Positions 15,804 through 25,047 of a DNA stretch of 32,000 nucleotides are shown here, piece by piece. This DNA comes from Pyrodictium abyssi (GTDB lineage: Archaea; Thermoproteota; Thermoprotei_A; Sulfolobales; Pyrodictiaceae): assembly GCF_036323395.1 (NCBI RefSeq), contig NZ_AP028907.1:1710001-1742000 (forward strand). Direction: 5' to 3'. How positions within the stretch are numbered: position 1 is the first letter of the stretch; the number at the start of each line of letters is the position of its first letter. The notes below the pieces were generated by a model. It did no database searches. It was not told the origin of the DNA and saw only the letters and a list, made by a program, of their open reading frames with translations. The position numbers and the translations under genes are program-made.

Positions 15804-17014
15804 CAGCCGTGGCTGATGGCCTCAGGGAGAGGGCTCTACGGGCTCTCCGGCGCCCAGGGCGCTACGGCCCCGACGTGGACGTCGAGGAGTTCCTCTCCGC
15901 GGAGCGCGGCAGGGGCGACGGCGCCGAGGAGGCGCTCGAGAAGCTGGGGTTCGGCAGGGATGTGCTCCAGAGGGCCGGCTACGTGCAGGTTAACGAGGAG
16001 ATCGTCCGCAGCGTGATGCTCCGCAGGCTGGAGCGCCAGGGCGTAGTGGTTCTACCGCTCTACGAGGCTCTAGAGAAGCTCCCATGGGCCCGGGACTACT
16101 ACTGGCGCGCCGTCCCGGTGGACACGGACAGGTATACCGCTAGTGTCGAGGTGTATGGCAAGCGGCTGGGCTACTTCATCTACGTGCCGCCGGGGATCAG
16201 GGTCGAGCATCCTATCTACACGTGCCTGCTCATAACCGAGGAGCTGGAGGCCCAGCTGGTACACAACATAGTTGTGGTGGACGAGGGTGCTGAGGCTACG
16301 CTCGTGACGGGCTGCGGGGTCTCCCACCGGGTTAACAAGGCACTCCACATAGGCGTCTCCGAGTTCTACGTGAAGCGCGGCGCTGTGCTGAGGTTCGCTA
16401 TGATACACTCGTGGGGCCGCGGGGTGCACGTGAAGCCGCGTACGGGCGTCGTTGTGAAGGAGGGCGGGAGCTACATAAGCTACTACCTGGTCCACGGCCC
16501 GGTTGCTAGTGTGCAGAGCTACCCGAGGATAGAGCTGCACCGCGGCGCTAGGCTCTACAGCGCATCAATAATAGCTGGGGAGGGCAGCTCGGTCTACGAT
16601 GTTGGTACGCTCGCCCAGCTCCGCGGGCCCGGCGCCACTGCTGAGATAGTGTCGAGGGTTATGGCCCGTGACTCTGCCCGGGTATACGCGAGGGCCCGTA
16701 TCGAGGCCTATGCACCGGACACGCGGGGCCACATCGAGTGCCTCGGGCTCCCCCTATCCCCGAGAGCCGTGATAGAGTCTATACCGGAGCTCTCGAGCAA
16801 CGTAGAGGGCGCCGAGCTCACCCACGAGGCGGCCATCGGGAAGATAGCGGAGGAGGAGCTAGAATACCTAATGTCCCGCGGCTTCACCGAGGACGAGGCC
16901 CGCAGCCTACTCCTGCGGGGCTTCCTCCACATCGAGGTGCCGGGGCTGCCTCCGCAGGTGCGTAGCTTGATACGCTACGTGGAGCGCACCCTGGCCGAGA
17001 AGGCTACCGGCTAG
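15800..17014 (+). CDS. Fe-S cluster assembly scaffold, SufB/SufD family
   Basis: The C-terminal THEAAIGKIAEEELEYLMSRGFTEDEARSLLLRGFL is the conserved SufB/D motif. The GTG start overlaps the sufC stop (GTGA). Confidence 0.85.
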   Translation: MTAVADGLRERALRALRRPGRYGPDVDVEEFLSAERGRGDGAEEALEKLGFGRDVLQRAGYVQVNEEIVRSVMLRRLERQGVVVLPLYEALEKLPWARDYYWRAVPVDTDRYTASVEVYGKRLGYFIYVPPGIRVEHPIYTCLLITEELEAQLVHNIVVVDEGAEATLVTGCGVSHRVNKALHIGVSEFYVKRGAVLRFAMIHSWGRGVHVKPRTGVVVKEGGSYISYYLVHGPVASVQSYPRIELHRGARLYSASIIAGEGSSVYDVGTLAQLRGPGATAEIVSRVMARDSARVYARARIEAYAPDTRGHIECLGLPLSPRAVIESIPELSSNVEGAELTHEAAIGKIAEEELEYLMSRGFTEDEARSLLLRGFLHIEVPGLPPQVRSLIRYVERTLAEKATG

Positions 17015-17424
17015 ACCTCCTCCCTAGGCTCCTCCTGTTTCTCCCAGCCCCTGCGGAGGCGGAGCATACCCCACTCGGTAGCAGCCTCGACCAGCCACCC
17101 TGCTAGCATGCCTGCTATCCTCTGGGCGGCCTCCGCCTCCCCGATGTCTACGCCGTAGTAGCGGCTGAGGGCGCGCCTCGCGGCAGCCGGGTCTACGCGG
17201 GGCAGGAAGCGGTCCCGGAGCCTCTCCAGGAGCTGGTCTAGCCGCCGCACACCCTCCCCGGCTATGAGGCGCTGCAGCTCCCTGAAGTCCTCGTTGCTGA
17301 GCACGCTCTCGCTGGCGCGCTCGCCTGCCTCCTGCCAGTAGAGGTAGAGAGGCTCATAGTCGCCCACGATCTCTCCTGTGGCGAACATGGGGCGTCTGCG
17401 CCTACTACTCTGCTCTTCTGCCAT
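17011..17424 (-). CDS. Hypothetical helical protein, downstream of the TrmB regulator on the same strand
   Basis: Genome-like codon usage, ATG start, 42-nt gap after the TrmB gene. I recognise no family. Confidence 0.55.
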   Translation of the reverse strand: MAEEQSSRRRRPMFATGEIVGDYEPLYLYWQEAGERASESVLSNEDFRELQRLIAGEGVRRLDQLLERLRDRFLPRVDPAAARRALSRYYGVDIGEAEAAQRIAGMLAGWLVEAATEWGMLRLRRGWEKQEEPREEV

Positions 17425-17466
17425 GCGCCCTACTCCCTAGAGGTTAGGCGAGGCCGCGGAGCCTAG

Positions 17467-18420
17467 TTAACGCTGTCCCGGCGCGGCATCGGGTACTGGT
17501 CTAGCACTGCGCCATATCGTCTCCAGCCTCCGCTTGAGCGCGTCCGCGAACTCGCGGTTAGTTATGGCCACAGCTACCACGTTGCCCCCGCGGCCCGGCA
17601 CGCCTATGACCACTGTGTCGCAGACGACCATCATGTCGAGGAGTACCGCGTCCGAGGCGCGCAGCTCGACGCCCGGTATGCTGGCCACGGTTCTTAGCAC
17701 GTGCTCCGGGACAGCAGCGCCAGTGTAGAGAATCACGCGTGCACCACGCCCGTCTAGCACCTCTAGGAGCCGGCTAAGAGCCGGCAGTAGCTCCTCGGCT
17801 TTCTCCGCCGCCTTGTAGGCGAGCACCCAGGGCTTCTCGCTGCACTCCTGCAGAGCTGCCATGGCGGCGGCGAGGGCCCGGGAGAGCCCCTCTTCTACCG
17901 CCACGTGCTCCCTCGCCGTGGATGTGGCGTGCCTCTCTAGCTCCTGTGCCAGCGCCCTTAGCTCGTCGGCGCGTAGCCTCGCCTCTACGATGAGCCTCTC
18001 AGCCTCAGCGCCGAGAGCCCTGGCGGGCGGTGTTGCCTTGTAGCCCTCGCCTGTCTGCACGACTAGGCCGCGGCGCTGGAGGCTCCGCAGCACATCGTAG
18101 ATCCTCTGGGGCGGCACGCCCGCTTCCTCCGCTATCTCTCTTGGCCTAGATGCGCCCCCTAGCACGGCTAGGTAGACTCGGGCCTCGTACCCGCTGAGGC
18201 CTAGGAGCCTTCTCAGCCTCTCCTCTAGCCCCTCCCCCGCCAACGCTGCTCCCGCTACACCTTCTGGGATTGTCCCCCGGGCCCGGGAGCATGCCGGGGT
18301 AAGGATTGAATAGCGTAGCCCTGCCTCCCCGGCCAGGGTAGGCCGGCTTCCCCAGGCTAAGGCGTCCCCGCTACGCCGAGACCAGGATACGCGTCGGGGA
18401 AGGCTGTATGTCCGCGTCAA
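17467..18420 (-). CDS. TrmB family transcriptional regulator (true start probably TTG at 18243)
   Basis: HTH LGLSGYEARVYLAVLGGASRPREIAEEAGVPPQRIYDVLRSLQRRGLVV is the TrmB signature. The 59 codons upstream of 18243 are Arg/Ser/Gly-rich and overlap the divergent gene's start. Confidence 0.8.
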   Translation of the reverse strand: MTRTYSLPRRVSWSRRSGDALAWGSRPTLAGEAGLRYSILTPACSRARGTIPEGVAGAALAGEGLEERLRRLLGLSGYEARVYLAVLGGASRPREIAEEAGVPPQRIYDVLRSLQRRGLVVQTGEGYKATPPARALGAEAERLIVEARLRADELRALAQELERHATSTAREHVAVEEGLSRALAAAMAALQECSEKPWVLAYKAAEKAEELLPALSRLLEVLDGRGARVILYTGAAVPEHVLRTVASIPGVELRASDAVLLDMMVVCDTVVIGVPGRGGNVVAVAITNREFADALKRRLETIWRSARPVPDAAPGQR

Positions 18421-19253
18421 GGCCGCGGGTCGGGGCTAGGAGGCTAGTACTCGTCGACGTGCATGCCCGGAGTGCTAGCGAGGCGCTGGCGGCGGGCGAG
18501 CTGGCAGCAGAGCACGCTATGAGGAGTAAGCAGCCCCACGCGGTGGTGCTCGAGTGGCCCGAGGAGGCTGTAGTTTACGGGCTCTACGAGGCCGTGTCGG
18601 GCAGGGACGATACAGCGGTCTACCGGAGGATAACCGGGGGCAGAAAGGCCTTTATGGCGCCCGGCATGGCGTATGCCGCCGCCGCACTGCCCTGGAGGAA
18701 GAGCCTCGAAGGGCTAGCAAGTGTAGCGCTCGGCATTGCTAGCTGCGCCGGCGGGGTCTACGGAGTCACAGTGCTCGGCGAGACCGGGTACATGGAGGTC
18801 CTCGGAGCCCGTAGCGTGGAGGAGGCGCGTCAGTGCCTCCTAGAGGTGCTAGGCGTAGGGAAGACAGTGAAGATGCATGTACCTCGTGCGAGCCTCGTGG
18901 AGCTAGCCACACTCTTCGAGTCACAGCAGTGGCGCGAGTACAGCTACCACCGGGGGGATGCGGAGGCCGAGCGGAGGAGAGAAGGCGGCTACTGGGTACG
19001 CGTAAGCATAGAGACTACCGATGGCTATGTGACGGGCTACTGGCTTACTGGGGTCTTCTTCTCAGCGCCGCCTACAGAGGTCTATAACGTGCTCAACGGC
19101 CTCCGGGGGACCCGGTTCCACGAGCTCATGCTCTACAATGTGGAGCTCGCCGTGGAGAAGCGTATACAGTTCCTAGGCATAACTGGCGAGGACTTCATGT
19201 CCGTTATACGCGAGCTTTACGAGGCTGTCGGTGTACGCTACTATAGTGTCTAA
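18408..19253 (+). CDS. Lipoate/biotin protein ligase-fold (LplA-like) protein, strongly diverged
   Basis: VYRRITGGRKAFMAPGMAY parallels the LplA RRxSGGGAVYHDxGN box. The C-terminal GYWLTGVFFSAPP...LNGL... parallels the LplA C-terminal domain GDFF motif. I could not locate the catalytic Lys context. Confidence 0.5.
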   Translation: MSASRPRVGARRLVLVDVHARSASEALAAGELAAEHAMRSKQPHAVVLEWPEEAVVYGLYEAVSGRDDTAVYRRITGGRKAFMAPGMAYAAAALPWRKSLEGLASVALGIASCAGGVYGVTVLGETGYMEVLGARSVEEARQCLLEVLGVGKTVKMHVPRASLVELATLFESQQWREYSYHRGDAEAERRREGGYWVRVSIETTDGYVTGYWLTGVFFSAPPTEVYNVLNGLRGTRFHELMLYNVELAVEKRIQFLGITGEDFMSVIRELYEAVGVRYYSV

Positions 19254-19310
19254 GCTGGCCAGCATGCCAGCTCTCCCGGGGCATACTACCCGCCTGGGCG
19301 GCCGGGCTAC

Positions 19311-20567
19311 GTGTTATATACACACCCACAGCTGCCACCACCACTGGGTGGTGGTTCTCTGCCCGGCCGTAGGCCCTACCTGCCCCGGGGCCTCCGGAGC
19401 TACCTCGAGGAGCCCCGCATACAAGCACTCCTCGACATCGCAGGCGAGCTGGGCTACGCTAGGCCCCTAGAGCGGGTCCTCGAGGGTAAGCCTTCTGTGC
19501 GCGACGTTGTGGAGCTCTACCGTATGCCCCTATGGCTCCTGGGCGCCCTCGCACGCGCTGTGACCGACGCCATCACTGGCCGGCGCGTAGGCTACGTGGT
19601 CAACATGATTCTGAACTACACGAACATCTGCGTGGTGAACTGTAGGTTTTGCGCGTTCCGCCGCAGCCCCGGCGCCGAGGACGCCTACCGTCTGGACGCT
19701 TCCCAGGCTGTCGCGTCCGTGGTGGAGCACTGGGAGAAGTACCGTATACGCCAGGTGCTGTTCCAGGGCGGGGTAGACCCCTCCATACCCCTGGAGTACT
19801 TCGAGGAGGTATTCCGGGGCATCAAGGCTAGGACCCGTGGCGAGGTGGCCGTCCACGGCCTCAGCGCCGTGGAGATAGACTGGTACTCGCGGGTCAACCG
19901 TCTCAGCGTGAGGGAGCTCGTCTCCAGGCTGGCCGAGGCAGGGCTGGACAGCGTGCCCGGTGCTGGCGCGGAGATACTGAGCCAGAGGGTCCGGGGGCTG
20001 ATCTCCCCCTTCAAGACGAGTGCGGAGCGCTGGCTCGAGGTCATGGACGAGATAATGAGCTTGGGGCTCCCCGTGAGCACCACTATGATGTATGGTCACG
20101 TGGAGACGCTATGGGAGCGTGCTGAGCACCTCCTCTCGCTACTCCAGCTGCAGAGGCGCAGGGGCCTCATCATGGCCTTCATCGCGTGGAACTTCGAGCC
20201 AGGCAACACCGAGCTCCGTGGCAGCGTGCCCTACCCGGCTGGGGGCACCGAGCTCCTTCGCAGCGTGGCCGTGGCTAGGCTCGTGTTCCGCCACGAAATA
20301 CCCTGGATACAGGCCGGCTGGCTCACAGCCGGTACCCGGCTAGGCCAGGTCTCGCTGGACTACGGGGCCAACGACTGGGGCGGCACACTCTACGGCGAGA
20401 AGGTGCTACCAGCCGCCGGGGTGCCGCTGCCACTCCTCGTCCGCAGGAGCATAGAGCGCGTGATAGGGGGCGCGGGCTACGAGCCCTACGAGCGCGACAA
20501 CTGGTACTACCCGGTCGAGGCCACAGCGCCCCGCATAGCAGCTGGGGCCGGGGGTGCAGCAGGGTGA
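19311..20567 (+). CDS. Radical SAM enzyme of the MqnC/MqnE (CofH-like) family, futalosine menaquinone pathway
   Basis: Cluster motif NYTNICVVNCRFCAF, plus GGVDP, GAGAEIL and MMYGHVET. FIAWNFEPGNT resembles what I recall of MqnC, but this assignment is tentative. Confidence 0.85.
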   Translation: MLYTHPQLPPPLGGGSLPGRRPYLPRGLRSYLEEPRIQALLDIAGELGYARPLERVLEGKPSVRDVVELYRMPLWLLGALARAVTDAITGRRVGYVVNMILNYTNICVVNCRFCAFRRSPGAEDAYRLDASQAVASVVEHWEKYRIRQVLFQGGVDPSIPLEYFEEVFRGIKARTRGEVAVHGLSAVEIDWYSRVNRLSVRELVSRLAEAGLDSVPGAGAEILSQRVRGLISPFKTSAERWLEVMDEIMSLGLPVSTTMMYGHVETLWERAEHLLSLLQLQRRRGLIMAFIAWNFEPGNTELRGSVPYPAGGTELLRSVAVARLVFRHEIPWIQAGWLTAGTRLGQVSLDYGANDWGGTLYGEKVLPAAGVPLPLLVRRSIERVIGGAGYEPYERDNWYYPVEATAPRIAAGAGGAAG

Positions 20568-21733
20568 AGCCGCGCCCGGAGCCGCCCCGGTGGCTCGAAA
20601 GGCTGGCCGCCGAGTCCGGGTCACCGGCCCTGGAGAAGGCTATACACGGGGACCGCCTCGAGCCCCCTGCGATAGAGGAGCTGCTAGTGAAGACGCCCTT
20701 CCACGCCCTAGCCGCGGCCGCCGACTACTACGCGCGCGCCGTGAAGCAGGGCCGGGGCAGCTTCGTGGTCAACCTCTACCTGACGTACACTAATGTCTGT
20801 GAGACCCGGTGCAGCTTCTGCGCCTTCTACCGAGCCCCCGGGAGCCCAGACGCGTACATACGGGAGCCCCGTGAGCTCGCCGAGGCAGCACGCCGCGCCG
20901 TGGAGGAGCACGGTGTGCGGGAGATACACCTGGTCGGCGGGAACAACCCCGACCTGCCGTTCAGCTACTACGAGGAGCTAGTCTCCTCGATCAAGCAGGC
21001 CGCGCCCAGGGCCATATTGAAGGCCTTCACCGCGGAGGAGATATGGTTCATCGCCCGCGTCACGGGGCAGCGCGTACGGGAGGTGCTCGAGAGGCTACAC
21101 GAGCTCGGGCTCGACGCGCTATCAGGCGGCGGCACCGAGGTCCTCGACGAGGAGCTCCAGCGCCTAATCGCGCCGCGCAAGATACCCCCGGAGGAGTACC
21201 TACGCGTCCACGAGGAGGCCCACCGGCTGGGGATAAGGAGCAACGTTATACTGATGTACGGCCACGTCGAGGAGCCTATCAGCGTCGCGCGGCACCTCTA
21301 CCGGGTAAGAATGCTCGAGGAACGCGCCCCCGGCTTCATATCCTTCATACCCGTCCGGTTCAACCCCGGCAGCACGCCGCTCGGCAGGTCCCGGCTCTAC
21401 CGTGAGCGGGCCCGGCTCGACGGCCAGTACGACCTCCGCATAGTCGCCGCTGCTAGGCTAGCACTGCTCGGGGCCGTGGACAACATAGTCGCCTACTGGG
21501 TGAGCATGGGGGACAAGCTCGCGCAGGCAGCCCTAGCACACGGGGCGAACGACCTCGGCGGCACGTTCTACCGGGAGGCCGTGATCTCGGCTGCTGGGGG
21601 CGGCCCCGGCGGCAAGGAGCCCAGGGAGCTCGCATACATGCTCCGGCAGGCAGGCTGGAGCCCCTGGATGCGCGACACCTTCTACAACTACCTGGAGAGA
21701 ATAGACGTAGCAGAGCCCCCGTGGCTACAGTAG
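20564..21733 (+). CDS. Radical SAM enzyme of the MqnC/MqnE (CofH-like) family, second paralogue
   Basis: TYTNVCETRCSFCAF, GGNNP, GGGTEVL and LMYGHVEE. FIPVRFNPGST resembles what I recall of MqnE, but this assignment is tentative. Its start overlaps the upstream stop by 4 nt. Confidence 0.85.
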   Translation: MKPRPEPPRWLERLAAESGSPALEKAIHGDRLEPPAIEELLVKTPFHALAAAADYYARAVKQGRGSFVVNLYLTYTNVCETRCSFCAFYRAPGSPDAYIREPRELAEAARRAVEEHGVREIHLVGGNNPDLPFSYYEELVSSIKQAAPRAILKAFTAEEIWFIARVTGQRVREVLERLHELGLDALSGGGTEVLDEELQRLIAPRKIPPEEYLRVHEEAHRLGIRSNVILMYGHVEEPISVARHLYRVRMLEERAPGFISFIPVRFNPGSTPLGRSRLYRERARLDGQYDLRIVAAARLALLGAVDNIVAYWVSMGDKLAQAALAHGANDLGGTFYREAVISAAGGGPGGKEPRELAYMLRQAGWSPWMRDTFYNYLERIDVAEPPWLQ

Positions 21734-21767
21734 ACGCTCAAACCGTGACGCGCGGGGGACAGAAGAG

Positions 21768-22553
21768 TTGCCCGTGTATGCTGCGCCAGGCTACCAGTAC
21801 GCCGCGCCTCTGCGCAGATGGCTAGTGTCGCGGGGCTTCGCCGTCCACGTCGCCCCACCGCCGGAAACGCTCCCACTGCTCAGGGAGGGAGTAGCCGACG
21901 CTGGGCTAGCGCCACTAGGCCTGATAGCAGCGAGCACCGAGCTGCAGGCATGCCCCGGCCCAATGGTGTACAGCGAACGTGAGACGATGAGTGTTCTCCT
22001 GGTCTCAAAGAAGCCGCTAACACTACGAGGCTGCGACATGATAGCCGTGACCGGCGAGACCCGGACTAGCATCCTCTACCTCACGCTCGTGCTGAGGGAG
22101 CTGGGGCTCCAGCCCCGCCTGCTCCGGCTGAGCGCACGGAACGCGTGGATGCTTCTACGCGCCGCTCCGTGTGCCCTAGTCATAGGCGATGAGGCTCTCA
22201 GCGCTCTCGCCCAGGGGCTCCACGTGGTAGCCGACATGGGCGTGCTCGTGCGCGACGTCCTGGGCATAACCCCGGTCTACGCTGCTACGGCCGTGGCCAG
22301 GGGCAGGAGCTGCCCCAGGGGCATAGATACGCCGCCCTGGCCCCGGGCGCAGCGCCGCGACGTAGAGGCTACAGCTATGGCTACCGGGCTGCCGCGCCGC
22401 CTAGCAGACATATACCACCGCGCTCTGCTGCGCCTCGACTACAACCCGGCCTTCCTGAAGGCCGCGCTACGTGTCCTCCGCGAGGCCGTCTCCCATGGAG
22501 CCTCCGGCGGGCTCCCGCCCGAGAGGAGGGCTGAGGAGGCCTCATGCTGGTAG
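21768..22553 (+). CDS. mqnA: MqnA/MqnD-family protein (chorismate dehydratase-like, periplasmic-binding-protein fold)
   Basis: APLRRWL...PPPETLPLLREGVADAGLAP and VIGDEALSAL...ADMGVLVRDVLGITPVYAATAV parallel the MqnA motifs (LIGDDAL...DLG..W...TG.PFVFA.W). TTG start. Confidence 0.65.
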   Translation: MPVYAAPGYQYAAPLRRWLVSRGFAVHVAPPPETLPLLREGVADAGLAPLGLIAASTELQACPGPMVYSERETMSVLLVSKKPLTLRGCDMIAVTGETRTSILYLTLVLRELGLQPRLLRLSARNAWMLLRAAPCALVIGDEALSALAQGLHVVADMGVLVRDVLGITPVYAATAVARGRSCPRGIDTPPWPRAQRRDVEATAMATGLPRRLADIYHRALLRLDYNPAFLKAALRVLREAVSHGASGGLPPERRAEEASCW

Positions 22554-22624
22554 CATGGCCCCGGGACACTTGTAGCCCACACTGATACCGGGAAACAGCT
22601 TTTCTAACGATAAATCGGCATTAG

Positions 22625-24547
22625 TTGTTTACGCGAAGGGTCAAAATATCCCCCCTTAGTCGCTTACACGCGGTGCCCGCTGTGGAGTTCAAGCTGCTCC
22701 GTATAGACCTATGGAACCAGAAGGTGCGCGAGGAGAAGATCGACGAGAAGATTCTCCGAAAGTTCCTCGGCGGACGCGGCCTCGGCGCCTACCTAGCCCT
22801 CCGCGAGATACCGCCCGGCGCGGACCCCCTAGGGCCGGAGAACAGGCTCTACATCCTTACCGGCCCTATCACCGGCACAGCCGCTATCGAGAGCGGCCGC
22901 TACCACGCCGTGGCTAAGAGCCCGCTCACCGGTATCCTCGGCGACTCCAACTCGGGCGGCCAGTTCGGCCCCTGGCTACGCTTCGCCGGGTACGACGGCA
23001 TCGTCCTCGAGGGCATGAGCGAGGAGCCTGTATGGATAAGCATAATCGACGGCGAGGTCAAGTTCCACGACGCCCGCAGCCTCTGGGGCAAGGGCGTAAT
23101 ATACACGGAGAGGATTATACGCGAGAACGTGGGCATAACCAAGGAGGACCTCGGCAGTGTCCTAGCCATAGGACCCGCCGGCGAGAACCTCTCGAAGATC
23201 TCGGCTATAATGAACGACCGCTACCGCGCAGCGGGCCGCACCGGCCTAGGCGCAGTGATGGGTAGCAAGCGCGTCAAGGCTATATTCGCCTACGGTAAGA
23301 GGCAGATCGAGCTCTACGACCGCCAGAAGTTCTTCGAGGCCGCCAAGAAGCTCATGAAGAAGATACAGGAGCACAGCATCAGCCAGGCACTAGGCAAGTA
23401 CGGGACCGCCGTGCTGGTCAACATTATCAACGAGCACGGCGGCTTCCCGACCAAGAATTGGACACGTGGCACCTTCGAGAAGGCCTACGAGATAAGCGGC
23501 GAGTACCTCGCAGAGAAGTACCTCAAGACCAACAAGGGCTGCTGGGGCTGTATCATACGCTGTGCACGCGTAGCCGAGGTGAAGAGCGGCCCATACCGCA
23601 CCCCCGTCAGCGAGGGCCCAGAGTACGAGACAATCTGGGCCAACGGCGGCAACACGATGATAGGCAACATGGAGGCGCTTATCAAGATAAACTACCTGCT
23701 CAACGACCTAGGCTTCGACACCATAAGCTTCGGCAACACAGCCGCCACGCTCATGGAGCTCTACGAGAAGGCACAGAAAGGCGAGTTGCCAGAAGACAAG
23801 GCCAAGAAGCTCCTCAGCCTCCTAGGCGACATCGAGCCCACATGGGGCAACGCTGACGCCGTCATACAGCTGATATGGAGGACCGCCTACCGCGACGGCA
23901 TAGGCGACTACACCGCCGAGGGCGCCGCCAGGCTCGCAGAGGCCTTCGGCAGCCCAGACTCCGCAGTACACGTTAGGGGCCTCGAGCTGCCAGCCTACGA
24001 CCCACGCGCGATAAACAGCATGGCCCTCAGCTACGCTACGAGCAACCGTGGTGGCTGCCACCTACGCGCCTACGCTGTGAGCTTCGACGTGCTAGGTGTG
24101 CCTAAGAAGTTCGACCCGCTCAAGGTGGACCTCGAGAAGGTGAAGCTGATAAAGTTCCAGCAGGAGCACTTCGCCGTAATAGACAGCCTCGTAGTGTGCA
24201 AGTTCAACACCTTCGCGGACAGCCCCGAGGACTACGTACCACTACTACAGGCCGCCATGGGCTGGGAGGACCTCACAACAGAGGAGCTGCTAACCATAGG
24301 CGAGAGGATATACAATGTAGAGAGGCTCTTCGCCGTGAGGGAGGGTCACGGGTACAAGGACTACCTACCGAAGAGGCTGGTAGAGGAGCCGCTGCCAGAC
24401 GGCCCGGCCAAGGGCAAGACAGCAAAAGAGGCCATCGAGAAGTACCTGCCAGAGTACTACAAGCTACGCGGCTGGGAGGACGGCAAGCCGCTGCCAGAGA
24501 CTCTGAAGAGGCTAGGCCTCGAAGAGTTCCTCTACATCGTCTCCTAG
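22625..24547 (+). CDS. aor: Tungsten-containing aldehyde:ferredoxin oxidoreductase (AOR family)
   Basis: FLGGRGLGAYL N-terminal domain and the 4Fe-4S ligands CWGCIIRC plus a later VVCKF. Collinear with AOR throughout. The likely start is GTG 22682 (VEFKLLRIDLWNQ...), about 70 nt after an ATAAAT box at about 22610. Confidence 0.92.
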   Translation: MFTRRVKISPLSRLHAVPAVEFKLLRIDLWNQKVREEKIDEKILRKFLGGRGLGAYLALREIPPGADPLGPENRLYILTGPITGTAAIESGRYHAVAKSPLTGILGDSNSGGQFGPWLRFAGYDGIVLEGMSEEPVWISIIDGEVKFHDARSLWGKGVIYTERIIRENVGITKEDLGSVLAIGPAGENLSKISAIMNDRYRAAGRTGLGAVMGSKRVKAIFAYGKRQIELYDRQKFFEAAKKLMKKIQEHSISQALGKYGTAVLVNIINEHGGFPTKNWTRGTFEKAYEISGEYLAEKYLKTNKGCWGCIIRCARVAEVKSGPYRTPVSEGPEYETIWANGGNTMIGNMEALIKINYLLNDLGFDTISFGNTAATLMELYEKAQKGELPEDKAKKLLSLLGDIEPTWGNADAVIQLIWRTAYRDGIGDYTAEGAARLAEAFGSPDSAVHVRGLELPAYDPRAINSMALSYATSNRGGCHLRAYAVSFDVLGVPKKFDPLKVDLEKVKLIKFQQEHFAVIDSLVVCKFNTFADSPEDYVPLLQAAMGWEDLTTEELLTIGERIYNVERLFAVREGHGYKDYLPKRLVEEPLPDGPAKGKTAKEAIEKYLPEYYKLRGWEDGKPLPETLKRLGLEEFLYIVS

Positions 24548-24552
24548 CCCCG

Positions 24553-24559
24553 TTCTTTT
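24553..24559 (+). terminator. T-rich tract (TTCTTTT) just after the AOR stop
   Basis: An oligo-T run a few nt downstream of TAG 24545-24547. Archaeal termination typically uses T-tracts. Confidence 0.35.
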
Positions 24560-24740
24560 ACACGCGCTAGGCATTCCTCCCCGTCTGTAGTCTTCTTTGA
24601 CGCGTACAGACTATTGGGTGCCATAGCAGGGCTACAAGCTATATTCGGTGCTACGTGTATGATGCCCTAGGCTCTAGCCCTAGGCACCATAGACTGCTGC
24701 TCCGAGCCCCCTAGTATGTATACCGGGCTGGAGGTGTCCC

Positions 24741-25034
24741 GTGGACTTGAAGGTAAGGGCTGTATTTATCCAGGAGTTCTACGAGATCATGGGAAGATTC
24801 CAGGCCGAGGTTGAGCTTCCCGAGGGCTCCACGGTAAGAGACCTCATAGACTATATAGACCGCGAGATTAAGAGCGGGTTCCGGAGCCTTGTACTCGACG
24901 ATAAGGGCGGCGTCAAATACCCCGTAGAGATAGCTGTTAACGGCCGACGCATCGACTTTCTAGACGGGCTTGACACAAAGCTCCGTGACGGGGACAAGGT
25001 GCTATTCTCGCCGCGGGCACTCTTCGTAGTCTAA
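24741..25034 (+). CDS. MoaD/ThiS-like beta-grasp protein lacking a C-terminal Gly-Gly
   Basis: VEIAVNGRRIDFLDGLDTKLRDGDKVLFSP matches the ThiS/MoaD C-terminal pattern (V.VNG....l...L.dGDeV.i.P), but the protein ends ...RALFVV. GTG start. Confidence 0.6.
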   Translation: MDLKVRAVFIQEFYEIMGRFQAEVELPEGSTVRDLIDYIDREIKSGFRSLVLDDKGGVKYPVEIAVNGRRIDFLDGLDTKLRDGDKVLFSPRALFVV

Positions 25035-25047
25035 GAGCCGTGGTACC

